Assembly (NCBI GenBank): GCA_963609095.1
Contig: CAVDHX010000083.1
Location: 1 to 50,295 of the forward strand
Length of the DNA: 50,295 bases
DNA from: Sphaerochaetaceae bacterium
GTDB taxonomy: Bacteria > Bacillota_I > Bacilli_A > RF39 > UBA660
Direction: 5' to 3'
Under the pieces are notes generated by a model. It saw only the letters and a list, made by a program, of their open reading frames with translations, was not told the origin of the DNA and made no database searches. How positions within the stretch are numbered: the stretch's first letter is position 1; every line of letters begins with the position of its first letter. Position numbers and translations under genes: made by a program. Positions 7,469 through 18,404 of the stretch are shown in pieces.

Positions 7469-7992
7469 TGAAAAAAGAATGGTATGTTGTAAACACTTAT
7501 TCAGGACATGAAAACAAAGTAAAAGAAAAATTAGAAATGCGTGCTAGTTCAATGGATATGGAAGATTATATCTTAAGAGTAGTAGTACCTGAACAAACAG
7601 AAATAGATGCAAATGGAAAAGAAAAAAAAGTAAAAATTTTTCCAGGATACATTTTAGTTGAAATGGTTATGTCTGATGAAGCTTGGTTTATTGTTAGAAA
7701 CACACCAGGTGTTACTGGATTTATCGGATCGTCTGGTAAGGGAGCTAAACCATTCCCACTAACAGAAGCTGAAGTAGATAGAATATTAGGTTCAATGGGA
7801 ATGAGCAGATTAGATACTGAAAATGATCTAAAAGAAGGCGAAGAAGTAAAAGTTATTTCAGGACCATTTGAAGGAATGTATGGTAAAATTAAATCAGTTG
7901 ATTTAAAAGAAGCTAAATTAGAAGTAGCTGTTGACCTATTTGGTCAAGAAACAGTAGTTGAATTAAATTTATCACAAATTAGTAAAGCATAA
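7468..7992 (+). CDS. nusG: transcription termination/antitermination factor NusG
   Basis: KEWYVVNTYSGHENKVK (NGN domain), FPGYILVEM, and a C-terminal KOW region (GEEVKVISGPFEGMYGKI). TAATG overlap with secE. Confidence 0.95.
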   Translation: MKKEWYVVNTYSGHENKVKEKLEMRASSMDMEDYILRVVVPEQTEIDANGKEKKVKIFPGYILVEMVMSDEAWFIVRNTPGVTGFIGSSGKGAKPFPLTEAEVDRILGSMGMSRLDTENDLKEGEEVKVISGPFEGMYGKIKSVDLKEAKLEVAVDLFGQETVVELNLSQISKA

Positions 7993-7993
7993 G

Positions 7994-8022
7994 TTTACAA
8001 ACATTAATAAATGTGGTAAGAT
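7994..8022 (+). promoter_or_regulatory. candidate rplKA promoter (TTTACA-17-TGgTAAGAT, extended -10)
   Basis: Hexamers and spacing read directly after the nusG stop. Confidence 0.4.
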
Positions 8023-8052
8023 TATATCGCTATATTAATTTTTGATATAGAT

Positions 8053-8103
8053 TGTGGGAGATTACCAAATGAGATAAAGCGGATAATCATTGGAACCACC
8101 CAC
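8053..8103 (+). promoter_or_regulatory. structured rplK leader hairpin with UGUGGGAG (candidate L1 autoregulatory site)
   Basis: GTGGG (8054..8058) pairs with CCCAC (8099..8103), and inner helices CCAA/TTGG are possible. The same 8-mer TGTGGGAG recurs before rplA. Confidence 0.35.
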
Positions 8104-8130
8104 GAAAGATTTTATTAGGAGGTGTTTTTC

Positions 8131-8556
8131 GTGGCAAAAGATGCAGTTAAAAAAATTAAGATTCAAATTGCTGCCGGTAAAGCAACACCAGCTCCACCAG
8201 TTGGTACAGCATTAGGACCTGCAGGAATTAATTTAGGTGATTTTTGTACAAAATTTAACGATGCAACTAAAGACAAAATGGGAGATATATTACCAGTTGA
8301 AATTACTGTTAATGATGATAGAAGTTTCAGCTTTGTAGTAAAAACTCCACCAGCAGCTTTCCTTATTAAAAAAGCTTGCGGTATTAAAAAAGGTTCAACA
8401 AAAGGTAAAAACGAACCAGTTGCAACTTTATCAAAAGAAAAATTAAGAGAAATCGCTGAAACTAAACTTCCAGATTTAAACTGTTATACTGTTGAAGATG
8501 CAATGAAAATTATTGCTGGAACAGCTTTAAATATGGGCGTTAAAGTTGAAGACTAA
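8131..8556 (+). CDS. rplK: 50S ribosomal protein L11
   Basis: [33 protein letters not shown] is canonical L11. GTG 8131 follows GGAGGTG with proper spacing; the ORF-track start 8122 lies inside the RBS. Confidence 0.95.
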   Translation: MAKDAVKKIKIQIAAGKATPAPPVGTALGPAGINLGDFCTKFNDATKDKMGDILPVEITVNDDRSFSFVVKTPPAAFLIKKACGIKKGSTKGKNEPVATLSKEKLREIAETKLPDLNCYTVEDAMKIIAGTALNMGVKVED

Positions 8557-8567
8557 TACTCACACTA

Positions 8568-8596
8568 TGTGGGAGGACAATATCCGCAAAACCACA
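8568..8596 (+). promoter_or_regulatory. hairpin with UGUGGGAG abutting the rplA RBS (candidate L1-binding translational operator)
   Basis: TGTGG (8568..8572) pairs with CCACA (8592..8596). AGGAGG at 8597..8602 follows immediately. Confidence 0.35.
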
Positions 8597-8609
8597 AGGA
8601 GGTAAGAAA

Positions 8610-9305
8610 ATGAAAAAAGGTAAAAAATATCTAGAATCTGCTTCAAAAGTAGAAAAGAATAAATTATATTCTAAAGAAGAAGCAGTTAAACTAGTTAAAG
8701 AAACTTCTTATGCTGATTTTGATGCTTCTGTTGAAGTAGCAATGCATTTAAACTTAGATACTAAAAAAGCTGATCAACAATTAAGAGGAGCAGTTGTTTT
8801 ACCAAAAGGAACTGGTAAAACTAAAAAAGTTTTAGTAATCGCAAAAGGCGATGCAGCTAAAGCAGCTAAAGAAGCAGGTGCTGATTATGTTGGAGAAACT
8901 GAAATGATTGAAAAAATCCAAAAAGAAAATTGGTTTGATTTCGACACTTTAATAGCTACACCAGACATGATGCCAGCTCTTGGTAAAATAGGACGTATCT
9001 TAGGGCCTAAAGGCTTAATGCCTAACCCTAAAACAGGTACAGTTACTATGGATACTAAAAAAGCAGTTGAAGAAGTTAAAAAAGGACGTGTTGAATATCG
9101 TACTGATTCATTCGGTAATGTACACGTATTAATAGGAAAAGTTTCATTTAGTGAAGAAGATTTACTTGCAAACTTAAAAACCTTTGTAACATTAATTGTT
9201 AAATCTAAACCTAGTGTTGTTAAAGGAACATATGTTAAAAATATTTCTTTATCATCAACAATGGGTCCTGGAATTAAGGTTGATGTAACTAGTTTTGACA
9301 ACTAA
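8610..9305 (+). CDS. rplA: 50S ribosomal protein L1
   Basis: [19 protein letters not shown]...[16 protein letters not shown] is canonical L1. Confidence 0.95.
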   Translation: MKKGKKYLESASKVEKNKLYSKEEAVKLVKETSYADFDASVEVAMHLNLDTKKADQQLRGAVVLPKGTGKTKKVLVIAKGDAAKAAKEAGADYVGETEMIEKIQKENWFDFDTLIATPDMMPALGKIGRILGPKGLMPNPKTGTVTMDTKKAVEEVKKGRVEYRTDSFGNVHVLIGKVSFSEEDLLANLKTFVTLIVKSKPSVVKGTYVKNISLSSTMGPGIKVDVTSFDN

Positions 9306-9337
9306 TTAAAATTATGTTAAAATGAATTTGAATTTGT

Positions 9338-9438
9338 GCCGTAGACAGTAGGTGCTTTAAAGCTTAATTTCCTACCGAGGAGACTTTTATAAAGTATTTT
9401 CGCTCTGGCATATAAGCTAGAGCTTTTATATTTACGGC
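9338..9438 (+). ncRNA. ribosomal protein L10 leader (rplJL autoregulatory element)
   Basis: Position upstream of rplJ. GCCGTA (9338..9343) pairs with TACGGC (9433..9438) as a closing helix. Internal GACAGTAGGTG...CCTACCGAGGAG helix, and a GCTCT...AGAGC hairpin followed by TTTTATATTT (attenuator-like). Confidence 0.55.
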
Positions 9439-9460
9439 TAAGAAAGGAAGGTGTTTATCT

Positions 9461-9958
9461 TTGGCTAATCAAAAAATCTTAGATAAAAAACAAGAAATCA
9501 TTGATGAAATAGCTGATAAAACTAAAAAAGCAACTGCTACAGTTTTATTTGAATATCAAGGATTAACTGTTGAAGAAACTAATGAATTAAGAAGATTACT
9601 AAAGGAAAGTGAATCAGAGTTTAAAATTTATAAAAACACTTTGGTTAAAAGAGCTTTTGATACTTTAAAAATCGATTTAAATGATGATTTAAAAGGGCCT
9701 AAAGCTATCGCTTTCGGTGATGATGCTGTTGCCCCAGTTAAAGTTTTATATGACTTTGCTAAGAAACATCCATCATTAATCGTTAAGGCAGGACTTATCG
9801 ATGGTGAAAAAACAGATGAAGCAAAACTTAAAGAATTATCTAAATTACCATCCAGAGAAGGATTACTTAACATGCTTGCTAGTGGATTTATCTACCCACT
9901 TAAGAGCTTATCTATTTGCCTAGATTTATATAGACAAGATTTAGAAAAAAATAATTAG
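9461..9958 (+). CDS. rplJ: 50S ribosomal protein L10
   Basis: TTG start after AGGAAGGTG. Sequence and position (rplA-rplJ-rplL) are typical of L10. Confidence 0.93.
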   Translation: MANQKILDKKQEIIDEIADKTKKATATVLFEYQGLTVEETNELRRLLKESESEFKIYKNTLVKRAFDTLKIDLNDDLKGPKAIAFGDDAVAPVKVLYDFAKKHPSLIVKAGLIDGEKTDEAKLKELSKLPSREGLLNMLASGFIYPLKSLSICLDLYRQDLEKNN

Positions 9959-9973
9959 AAAGGAATGATATAT

Positions 9974-10342
9974 ATGGCAAAAATTAATAAAGAAGAATTT
10001 ATCGCTGGTCTTAAAGAAATGACTATGCTTGAAGTTATGGAATTAGTAGATGCAATGAAGGAGGAATTTGGTGTTGATCCAGCTGCTGTAGCTGTTGCTG
10101 CTGCACCTGCTGAAGATGCTGAAGCTGCAGGACCTTCTACTGTAACTGTAACATTAACATCTGCTGGACCTAACAAATTACCAGTTATCAAATTAATCAA
10201 AGAAATTACTGGTTTAGGTTTAAAAGAAGCTAAAGATTTAGCTGATAACGGTGGAGCTGTTAAAGAAAATATTCCAACAAGCGAAGCTGATGAATTAAAA
10301 GCTAAATTAGAAGAAGCTGGCGCAACTGTTGAAGTTAAATAA
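9974..10342 (+). CDS. rplL: 50S ribosomal protein L7/L12
   Basis: [25 protein letters not shown], an Ala-rich hinge, and [20 protein letters not shown]...[12 protein letters not shown] 9974 preferred over 9965. Confidence 0.95.
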   Translation: MAKINKEEFIAGLKEMTMLEVMELVDAMKEEFGVDPAAVAVAAAPAEDAEAAGPSTVTVTLTSAGPNKLPVIKLIKEITGLGLKEAKDLADNGGAVKENIPTSEADELKAKLEEAGATVEVK

Positions 10343-10352
10343 TTATAATTAA

Positions 10353-10385
10353 AAAGCCTACACTATAAAATATAGTGTGGGCTTT
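10353..10385 (+). terminator. terminator hairpin after rplL
   Basis: AAAGCCTACACTATA-AAA-TATAGTGTGGGCTTT: 15-bp stem with one G-U pair. The T tract is short, so termination may be only partial. Confidence 0.55.
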
Positions 10386-10411
10386 ACCCATTTAATAAAA
10401 GGAGAGTAGAA

Positions 10412-10990
10412 ATGTCACATTATTTTACAAATGATGAAGTTAAAAGTGAAGAAAAACAAATAAATGTAATTATTAATGATACTAAATTAAAATTCATCAC
10501 AGATAATGGGATATTTTCCAAAAAAGGCTTAGATTTTGGAACTAGGACTCTTCTGGAAAATATTAAAAATATAAAAGGAAATATTTTAGATTTTGGTTGT
10601 GGTTATGGGCCTATTGGAATATATTTAAAAAAAACATTTGATGTAAATGTTGATATGATTGATATAAATAAAAGAGCACTTTCATTAGCTTTGAAAAATG
10701 CTAAAATAAATAACGCTGAAGTCAATATATTTGAAAGTAATATTTATGAAAATATTTCCAAAAAATATGATGCAATAGTTACTAATCCTCCGGTTAGAGT
10801 TGGTAAAAAAATATTATATGATATTTTATTTGAAGCTAAAAAATATTTAAACGAAAATGGTAAATTATGGCTTGTTATAAATAAAAATCAAGGTGCTAAA
10901 TCATTAGTAAAAGATTTAGGCAAAGTATACGATGTAACCATTGTTACTAAAAATAAAGGTTTTTATATAATATGTTGTGAAAATCGTTGA
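10412..10990 (+). CDS. class I SAM-dependent methyltransferase (RsmC/YbxB-like small-domain rRNA methyltransferase)
   Basis: SAM motif LDFGCGYGPIG and catalytic VTNPPVRVG. It occupies the same rplL-rpoB slot as B. subtilis ybxB. Confidence 0.75.
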   Translation: MSHYFTNDEVKSEEKQINVIINDTKLKFITDNGIFSKKGLDFGTRTLLENIKNIKGNILDFGCGYGPIGIYLKKTFDVNVDMIDINKRALSLALKNAKINNAEVNIFESNIYENISKKYDAIVTNPPVRVGKKILYDILFEAKKYLNENGKLWLVINKNQGAKSLVKDLGKVYDVTIVTKNKGFYIICCENR

Positions 10991-11015
10991 CTTTTAATAT
11001 AAAAATCTTTATAAT
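10987..11015 (+). promoter_or_regulatory. candidate rpoBC promoter (TTGACT-17-TATAAT)
   Basis: The -35 overlaps the methyltransferase stop codon; spacing is a perfect 17 bp. Confidence 0.45.
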
Positions 11016-11085
11016 TATAAATTGGCGACATGTATTATTTTATACATGAAAAAAATCCGAAAACTAGTTTATAGGGGTGAAATAC

Positions 11086-14000
11086 TTGGCATACAAAATT
11101 CAAAAAATAAACGACAAAAGAGAGAGAAGAAATTACGCAAAAACAAAAAACGCAATTGAATTATCTAATTTATTAGAGATTCAAAAAGATTCATATCAAT
11201 GGTTTATGACAGAAGGTATCAAGGAAGTCTTTGATGATATTTTTCCAGTGGAAAGTTTTACTGGAAATTTATCTTTAGAGTTCGGTGAATATTCTTTTGA
11301 TGAACCAAGATATTCCATTAAACAATGTAAAGAAAGGTATACTACTTATGCAGCGCCACTAAAAGTAGAAGCTAGACTTTTCAATGTTGAAACCGGTGAA
11401 GTAAAAGAACAAGAAATCTATTTAGGCGATATGCCTATTATGACAGATAGCGGAGCTTTTATAATCAATGGAGCAGAACGCGTTATCGTATCACAATTAG
11501 TTCGTTCACCATCAGTTTACTTCGGTAAAGAAGTTGATAAGAAAAATGGTAAAGTTACTGTTGGAGCTCAAATAATACCAACAAGAGGTACTTGGTTAGA
11601 ATTTGAAACTGATGCTCGTGATATCATTTATGTTAGAATTGATAGAACAAGAAAAGTTCCAGTAACTACATTATTAAGAGCAATTGGTCTTTCAAGTGAT
11701 AGTGATATTCTTGATTTATTCGGCGAAGATGATTATATTATCAAGACAATTGAAAAAGACACAAATAAAAATACTGATGAAGCATTGATTGATATTCATT
11801 CTAAGTTAAGACCTGGTGAACCTAGTACATTAGAAAGTGCTAAAAACCAATTAATTACAAGATTCTTTGATGCATTTCGTTATGATCTAGCAAAAGTTGG
11901 AAGATATAAATTCAATAAAAAGTTAAATGTTTTAGATAGATTATATGGATGCAAATTAGCAGAAGACATTAAAGACAATGGTAATGTGGTTGCCAAAAAA
12001 GGCGATATAGTTAATAAAGAATTATTAGAAACTTTAAAACCAATTTTTGAATCAGGCTATAATACAAAAGAAACATTAATCAATCAAGATTTAGATACAT
12101 ATTCAACTGTTCAAACAGTTAAAGTATATTCTAAAAAAAATCCAGAAAAAGTTATTACGATTATTGGAAATGATCAAAGTATTGATATTAAACGTTTGAC
12201 TGTATCTGATATTTATGCATCACTTTCATATTACTTAAATTTATTAGAAGGTATTGGAAACTTTGATGAAATAGATCATTTATCAAACAGACGTGTAAGA
12301 CAAGTTGGAGAACTTTTACAAAATCAATTCAGAATCGGTGTTAGCCGTATTGAAAGAATGATTAGAGATAGAATGAGTACTCAAGATATTGCTGAAGTAA
12401 CTCCAAAAAGTTTAATTAACATAAGACCTTTAACTGCTTCAATAAAAGAATTCTTTGGTTCAAGTCAATTGTCACAATTCATGGATCAAATTAATCCTAT
12501 CGCAGAACTTACACATAAAAGAAGATTATCTTCTTTAGGACCTGGCGGTCTTTCTAAAGATAGAGCTGGAATGGAAGTTCGTGACGTTAATCCATCACAT
12601 TATGGTAGATTATGTCCTGTTGAATCTCCAGAAGGCCCTAATATCGGTCTTATTACTTCCTTAGCTTCTTATGCTAAAGTAAACGAATATGGATTTATAA
12701 TGACTCCATATCGTAAAGTAGAAAATAGTAAACTAACTGATGAAATAAGATATATGACTGCAGACGAAGAATTACAATATTATATCGCACCTGCCACAGT
12801 TAAATCATCATCAGATGGAGATATACTAGAAGATAATATTCCAGTTAGATATCAAAATGATAATTTAATTATTGATAAATCTAAGGTAGATTATATTGAT
12901 GTTTCACCACAACAAATTATATCAATTACAACATCTGGTATTCCTTTCCTTGAACACGATGATGGTAAAAGAGCCTTAATGGGTGCTAACATGCAACGTC
13001 AAGCAATTCCATTATTAGAAGCTGAAGCTCCATATGTTGGAACTGGTATTGAAGCAATTGCCGCTAAAGATTCAGGCGTAGTAATAATTGCTAAAGCAGA
13101 TGGTATTGTAGATTATGTTGATGCAAGAAAAATTATTATTAAAAACGCTAAAGGAACTGATACTTATTATCTTGAAGGCTTTGAAAGAAGTAACATGGGT
13201 ACATGTTATCATCAAAAACCTATTGTTAGAAAAGGCGATAAGGTTAAAACTGGTGATGTAATTGCTGATGGACCATCAACTGATCAAGGTGAAATGGCCT
13301 TAGGTAAAAACTTAAAAGTTGCTTTCGTTAACTATGACGGATATAACTATGAAGATGCTGTTATATTAAATGAAAGATTGGTTAAAGATGATGTATTCAC
13401 ATCAATTCATATTAAAGATTATGAAATAGAGTGCCGTGATACTAAATTGGGTGCTGAAGAATTTACAAGAGATATTCCAAATGTAAGCGAAGAAGCACGT
13501 AAAAACTTAGATGAAAATGGTATTGTTAGAATTGGTACTGTAGTTAAAGACGATGATATTTTAGTAGGTAAAGTAACACCTAAAGGTATGGCTGAACTTA
13601 CATCAGAAGAAAAATTATTACATGCAATATTTGGAGAAAAAACAAGAGAAGTAAGAGATACATCCCTAAGAGTACAACACGGTGGTGGTGGAATTGTTCA
13701 TGATGTTCAAATTTTATCTAAAGAAGATAGTGATGAACTTCCAGCTGGCGTAAGTAAAAAAATAAGAGTATATATTGCTCAAAAACGTAAAATCGGTGTT
13801 GGTGATAAAATTTCAGGACGTCACGGAAATAAAGGTGTTATCTCATTGGTACTTCCAGAAGAAGATATGCCATATGATGAAAATGGTAGAACGGTTGATG
13901 TTTTACTTAACCCACTAGGTGTACCTTCTCGTATGAATCTAGGACAAATTCTAGAACTTCATTTAGGAATGGCTGCTAAATCATTAAATGTTCATGTTGC

Positions 14001-14700
14001 TACACCAGTATTTGATGGTGCGACAAGAGAAGAAATAGTTGATGCTTTAAAAGAAGCTGGATTATCAGAAGATGGTAAAATGGTTTTATACGATGGTAGA
14101 ACTGGTGAACCTTTTGATAACAGAATTAGTGTTGGTATCATGTATATGCTTAAGCTTGATCACATGGTTGATGATAAATTACATGCAAGATCTACAGGCC
14201 CATATTCTTTAGTAACACAACAACCATTAGGTGGTAAAGCACAATTTGGTGGTCAACGTTTCGGTGAAATGGAAGTTTGGGCATTATATGCTTATGGTGC
14301 TGCTAATATTTTACAAGAAATGATGACAGTTAAATCAGATGATGTTACAGGTCGTGTTAAAGTATATGAAGCATTAGTAAAAGGTGAAGATTTACCTAAA
14401 TCTGGTGTACCAGAAAGCTTTAGAGTTGTAATTAAAGAATTCCAAGCTTTAGGCCTAGACATAACTGTTTTAAATAATGAAGGAAAATTTGTTGAACTTA
14501 AAGAATTAGAAGAAGCAGAAAAAGATACTTATGTTCCTGATACTGATTTAGAAAGTGAAATTTTAAAAGAAAAAGCTAAAACAGAAGCTTTAAAAGCACA
14601 ACAAGAATTAACAAACGAATTAGATGAATTTGAAGAATCTGAAGAAGATGAAGAACCAACTTTAGAAGATTTACAAAAGTTAGAAGGGGAGGATAATTAA
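11086..14700 (+). CDS. rpoB: DNA-directed RNA polymerase subunit beta
   Basis: Canonical RpoB blocks ([60 protein letters not shown]). TTG 11086 follows GGGGTGA with 5-nt spacing; the ORF-track GTG 11077 lies inside that RBS. Confidence 0.97.
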   Translation: MAYKIQKINDKRERRNYAKTKNAIELSNLLEIQKDSYQWFMTEGIKEVFDDIFPVESFTGNLSLEFGEYSFDEPRYSIKQCKERYTTYAAPLKVEARLFNVETGEVKEQEIYLGDMPIMTDSGAFIINGAERVIVSQLVRSPSVYFGKEVDKKNGKVTVGAQIIPTRGTWLEFETDARDIIYVRIDRTRKVPVTTLLRAIGLSSDSDILDLFGEDDYIIKTIEKDTNKNTDEALIDIHSKLRPGEPSTLESAKNQLITRFFDAFRYDLAKVGRYKFNKKLNVLDRLYGCKLAEDIKDNGNVVAKKGDIVNKELLETLKPIFESGYNTKETLINQDLDTYSTVQTVKVYSKKNPEKVITIIGNDQSIDIKRLTVSDIYASLSYYLNLLEGIGNFDEIDHLSNRRVRQVGELLQNQFRIGVSRIERMIRDRMSTQDIAEVTPKSLINIRPLTASIKEFFGSSQLSQFMDQINPIAELTHKRRLSSLGPGGLSKDRAGMEVRDVNPSHYGRLCPVESPEGPNIGLITSLASYAKVNEYGFIMTPYRKVENSKLTDEIRYMTADEELQYYIAPATVKSSSDGDILEDNIPVRYQNDNLIIDKSKVDYIDVSPQQIISITTSGIPFLEHDDGKRALMGANMQRQAIPLLEAEAPYVGTGIEAIAAKDSGVVIIAKADGIVDYVDARKIIIKNAKGTDTYYLEGFERSNMGTCYHQKPIVRKGDKVKTGDVIADGPSTDQGEMALGKNLKVAFVNYDGYNYEDAVILNERLVKDDVFTSIHIKDYEIECRDTKLGAEEFTRDIPNVSEEARKNLDENGIVRIGTVVKDDDILVGKVTPKGMAELTSEEKLLHAIFGEKTREVRDTSLRVQHGGGGIVHDVQILSKEDSDELPAGVSKKIRVYIAQKRKIGVGDKISGRHGNKGVISLVLPEEDMPYDENGRTVDVLLNPLGVPSRMNLGQILELHLGMAAKSLNVHVATPVFDGATREEIVDALKEAGLSEDGKMVLYDGRTGEPFDNRISVGIMYMLKLDHMVDDKLHARSTGPYSLVTQQPLGGKAQFGGQRFGEMEVWALYAYGAANILQEMMTVKSDDVTGRVKVYEALVKGEDLPKSGVPESFRVVIKEFQALGLDITVLNNEGKFVELKELEEAEKDTYVPDTDLESEILKEKAKTEALKAQQELTNELDEFEESEEDEEPTLEDLQKLEGEDN

Positions 14701-17700
14701 TGGATGCAAATAGCTTTGAAGGGTTAAGAATAGCCATTGCCTCACCAGAAAAAATTCGTTCATGGTCTTATGGTGAAGTAAAAAAAGCCGAGACAATGAA
14801 CTATAGAACATTAAAGCCAGAAAGAGATGGACTATTTTGTGAAAAAATATTTGGTCCAACTAAGGATTTTGAATGTTCATGCGGAAAATATAAAAGATTA
14901 AGATATAAAAATATTATTTGTGATAGATGTGGTGTTGAAGTAACTAAATCTAAGGTACGTCGTGAACGTATGGGACACATTGAACTTGCTACACCAGTTT
15001 CACACATTTGGTTTTTCAAGGGCGTTCCATCTAGAATGGGACTAGTCCTTGATATGTCACCAAGAGAATTAGAAGAAGTTTTATATTTCGTATCATATGT
15101 TGTTTTAGACCCAGGTGATACACCACTTGAGAAAAAACAAACAATAAGTGATAAAGATTACCGTTCTTACTATGAAAAATATGGAAACACATTTAGAGTA
15201 GGAATGGGTGCAGAAGCAATTCAAGAATTATTAAAACAAGTTGACTTACAAAAAGAAGTTGATGAAATTACTAAAGAAATTGCTGAAATTAAAGATTCAT
15301 CTAGTCAAAAACGCATTCGTTTAATTAAAAGATTAGATGTCTTAGATGCATTTTTAGAATCAGGTAATCGTCCTGAATGGATGATTTTAGAAGCACTTCC
15401 AGTAATACCACCTGAGCTTAGACCAATGATTCAATTAGATGGTGGCAGATTTGCTACATCAGATTTAAATGATTTATATAGACGTGTAATTAACCGTAAT
15501 AATCGTTTAAAAAAATTAATTGACCTATCTGCTCCATCAATCATTATCCAAAATGAAAAACGTATGTTACAAGAAGCAGTAGATGCATTATTTGATAATG
15601 GTAGACGTGGTAAAAATATCACTGGACCAGGAAATAGACCTTTAAAATCTTTATCTAGTATGCTTAAAGGTAAACAAGGCCGTTTCCGTCAAAACTTATT
15701 AGGAAAACGTGTTGATTATTCTGCTCGTTCAGTTATCGTAGTAGGTCCATCATTAAAAATGTATGAATGTGGTATTCCAAAAGAAATGGCTTTAGAATTA
15801 TTTAAACCACATGTTATTAATGGTTTAGTTTCAAAAGAAATTGCAAGTAATATTAAAGCTGCTAAAAGAATGATTGAAAATCAAGATGAACGTGTTTGGG
15901 ATGTTGTTGAAGAAAAAATTAAAGAACATCCAGTATTACTTAACCGTGCTCCGACTTTGCACAGATTAGGTATTCAAGCATTCGAACCTAAATTAATTGA
16001 AGGTAAGGCAATTAGACTTCATCCATTAGTTTGTGCCGCATTCAATGCTGACTTTGATGGAGACCAAATGGCTGTTCACTTACCAATAAGTGAAGAAGCT
16101 CAAGCAGAAGCAAGATTATTAATGTTAGGTGCTAATAACATCTTATCTCCAAAAGATGGCTCTCCTATCGCTACTCCTGGACAAGACATGGTTTTAGGTA
16201 ACTACTATCTAACTATGGAAAAAGAAGGATTAGAAGGAGAAGGTAGAGTATTTAGAAATTCTAACGATGTTATTATGGCATATGAAAGAAGAGAAATAAC
16301 TCTTCATACAAGAATTGCTTTACCAGTAAAATCATTTAAACATAAGATATTCCCAGATAAATACATGGATAAGTATTTAGTAACTACACCAGGTAAAATT
16401 ATATTTAATGAAATTTTTCCTGATACTTTCCAATATATAAATGATGGCTCAACTGATAATATTTCTAAAAGTACACCTTCTAAATATTTTATTGATAAAG
16501 GTAAAAATATTAAAGAAGAAATTAAAAATATGCCTATAGTAAAAGCATTAAATAAAAGTGCTTTAGTTAAATTAATTGCTCAAATTTATAAACGTTATCA
16601 CACAACTGAAACATCAGTTATGCTTGATTCAATTAAAGATTTAGGATTTAAATATTCTACTTTATCAGGTATTAGTATCTCAATAGATGATATTAAAGAA
16701 AGTCCACTTAAAAAAGATGTAATTGCAAAAGCTAATGAGAAGGTTAGTTCAATTACTAAACAATTTAAACGTGGTTTAATTACTGATAAAGAAAGATATG
16801 ATGCAGTTATTCAAACTTGGTTTGATGCTAAAAGTGAATTATATGCTGACTTAGATAAAATATTAAAATCTAATCCAGATTCATCAATTACAATGATGAT
16901 TGATTCAAAAGCCCGTGGTTCAATTGACCAATATGGACAAATGGCTGGTATGCGTGGTATCATGCTTAAACCAAACGGTGATTATGTAGAAATACCAGTA
17001 TTATCATCATTTTCTGAAGGGTTAACAGTATCTGAATTCTTTACTTCTACTCATGGTACTCGTAAAGGTGCTGTTGATACAGCCTTAAAAACAGCTGATG
17101 CTGGTTATTTAACTAGACGTTTAGTTGATGTTGTACAAGATGTTATTGTTAAAGAAGAAGATTGTGGTACTGATCAAGGTGTAATTGCTCAAGCATTCTT
17201 CAATACTGATGGAACACCAATTGAATCATTAGAAGATAGAATAATCGGTAGATATACAAGTAAAAAAATTATTAATCCAGAAACTAAAGAAGTAATTGTA
17301 GATAAAGATGTCTATATTACTGAAGTAATTGCTGAAAAAATAGTTAAAGCTGGAATTACTAAAGTTCCAATTAGAAGTATTTTAACTTGTAAAACTGATC
17401 ACGGTGTTTGCCGTCATTGTTATGGACGTAATTTAGCAACCGGAGCTGAGGTAGAACTTGGTGAAGCTGTTGGTATCATGGCCGCACAATCAATTGGTGA
17501 ACCTGGTACACAATTAACAATGCGTAACTTCAATACTGGTGGAGTTGCCGGTGGTGATGATATTACTCAAGGTCTTCCACGTGTTACTGAAATTTTTGAA
17601 GCTCGTAACCCTAAAGGTAAAGCTACAATTTCAGAAATTAATGGTGTTGTAAGTAAAATTGAAGAAGACGGTGGCATTTATAAAGTATACGTTAAAAACG

Positions 17701-18335
17701 ATGTTGAAACACGTGAACACGTATCAAATTATGGTGCTAAACTTGCAGTAGAACAAGGTGAAGAAGTTAAAGCAGGTCAAAGACTTACTCATGGTGCTAT
17801 TTCACCTAAAGAATTATTAGTTGTAACAGATCCACTTACTGTACAAGAATATATTTTATTTGAAATTCAAAAAGTATATCGTTCTCAAGGTGTTGATATT
17901 TCTGATAAACACGTTGAAATTATGGCACGTAGAATGATTTCTAAAATTAAAATTGTTGATTCTGGTGATTCATTATTCTTACCAGGTACTATGATTAATA
18001 TTCATAAATTTACTGAAGAGAATAAAAAACTTATCTTAGAAGGAAAACGACCTTCTACTGGTAAACCAGTATTACTTGGTATTACAAAAGCTTCTTTGGA
18101 AACTGAAAGCTTCTTATCTGCCGCTTCATTCCAAGAAACTACTAGAATCTTAACAGATGCAGCTGTTCATGGTAAAGTAGACCATTTAAATGGTTTAAAA
18201 GAAAATGTTATTATTGGTAAATTAATACCAGCTGGAACAGGTGCTAAAAAATATCGCGAAAGTGAATATACTTTAGAAAATCAAATTTTAAATGAAGAGC
18301 CTCTAGAGGCATTAGAACAAGAACTTATGGATTAA
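14700..18335 (+). CDS. rpoC: DNA-directed RNA polymerase subunit beta'
   Basis: Zn-finger [23 protein letters not shown], catalytic [12 protein letters not shown], trigger-loop and bridge-helix blocks. TAATG overlap with rpoB. Confidence 0.97.
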   Translation: MDANSFEGLRIAIASPEKIRSWSYGEVKKAETMNYRTLKPERDGLFCEKIFGPTKDFECSCGKYKRLRYKNIICDRCGVEVTKSKVRRERMGHIELATPVSHIWFFKGVPSRMGLVLDMSPRELEEVLYFVSYVVLDPGDTPLEKKQTISDKDYRSYYEKYGNTFRVGMGAEAIQELLKQVDLQKEVDEITKEIAEIKDSSSQKRIRLIKRLDVLDAFLESGNRPEWMILEALPVIPPELRPMIQLDGGRFATSDLNDLYRRVINRNNRLKKLIDLSAPSIIIQNEKRMLQEAVDALFDNGRRGKNITGPGNRPLKSLSSMLKGKQGRFRQNLLGKRVDYSARSVIVVGPSLKMYECGIPKEMALELFKPHVINGLVSKEIASNIKAAKRMIENQDERVWDVVEEKIKEHPVLLNRAPTLHRLGIQAFEPKLIEGKAIRLHPLVCAAFNADFDGDQMAVHLPISEEAQAEARLLMLGANNILSPKDGSPIATPGQDMVLGNYYLTMEKEGLEGEGRVFRNSNDVIMAYERREITLHTRIALPVKSFKHKIFPDKYMDKYLVTTPGKIIFNEIFPDTFQYINDGSTDNISKSTPSKYFIDKGKNIKEEIKNMPIVKALNKSALVKLIAQIYKRYHTTETSVMLDSIKDLGFKYSTLSGISISIDDIKESPLKKDVIAKANEKVSSITKQFKRGLITDKERYDAVIQTWFDAKSELYADLDKILKSNPDSSITMMIDSKARGSIDQYGQMAGMRGIMLKPNGDYVEIPVLSSFSEGLTVSEFFTSTHGTRKGAVDTALKTADAGYLTRRLVDVVQDVIVKEEDCGTDQGVIAQAFFNTDGTPIESLEDRIIGRYTSKKIINPETKEVIVDKDVYITEVIAEKIVKAGITKVPIRSILTCKTDHGVCRHCYGRNLATGAEVELGEAVGIMAAQSIGEPGTQLTMRNFNTGGVAGGDDITQGLPRVTEIFEARNPKGKATISEINGVVSKIEEDGGIYKVYVKNDVETREHVSNYGAKLAVEQGEEVKAGQRLTHGAISPKELLVVTDPLTVQEYILFEIQKVYRSQGVDISDKHVEIMARRMISKIKIVDSGDSLFLPGTMINIHKFTEENKKLILEGKRPSTGKPVLLGITKASLETESFLSAASFQETTRILTDAAVHGKVDHLNGLKENVIIGKLIPAGTGAKKYRESEYTLENQILNEEPLEALEQELMD

Positions 18336-18347
18336 GTTCTTGTTTTT
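18316..18347 (+). terminator. rho-independent terminator overlapping the rpoC stop
   Basis: AACAAGAAC ... GTTCTTGTT (9-bp stem), the stop TAA sits in the loop, followed by a T-run. Confidence 0.7.
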
Positions 18348-18350
18348 AAA

Positions 18351-18379
18351 TTGCTTAATACATGAAATTACTGTATAAT
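18351..18379 (+). promoter_or_regulatory. candidate smc promoter (TTGCTT-17-TATAAT)
   Basis: Read directly between the rpoC terminator and smc. Confidence 0.45.
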
Positions 18380-18404
18380 TAAATAAGTGTAGGAAGTGAA
18401 TGCT

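Noticed and set aside
8885-10200. Minus-strand ORFs 8885..9301, 9628..9873 and 9955..10200
   Set aside because: They are antisense shadows of rplA, rplJ and rplL. The Ala/Ser-rich translations merely mirror the sense codons.
14801-15622. Minus-strand ORFs inside rpoC (14801..15019 and 15431..15622)
   Set aside because: Antisense to a highly conserved essential gene.
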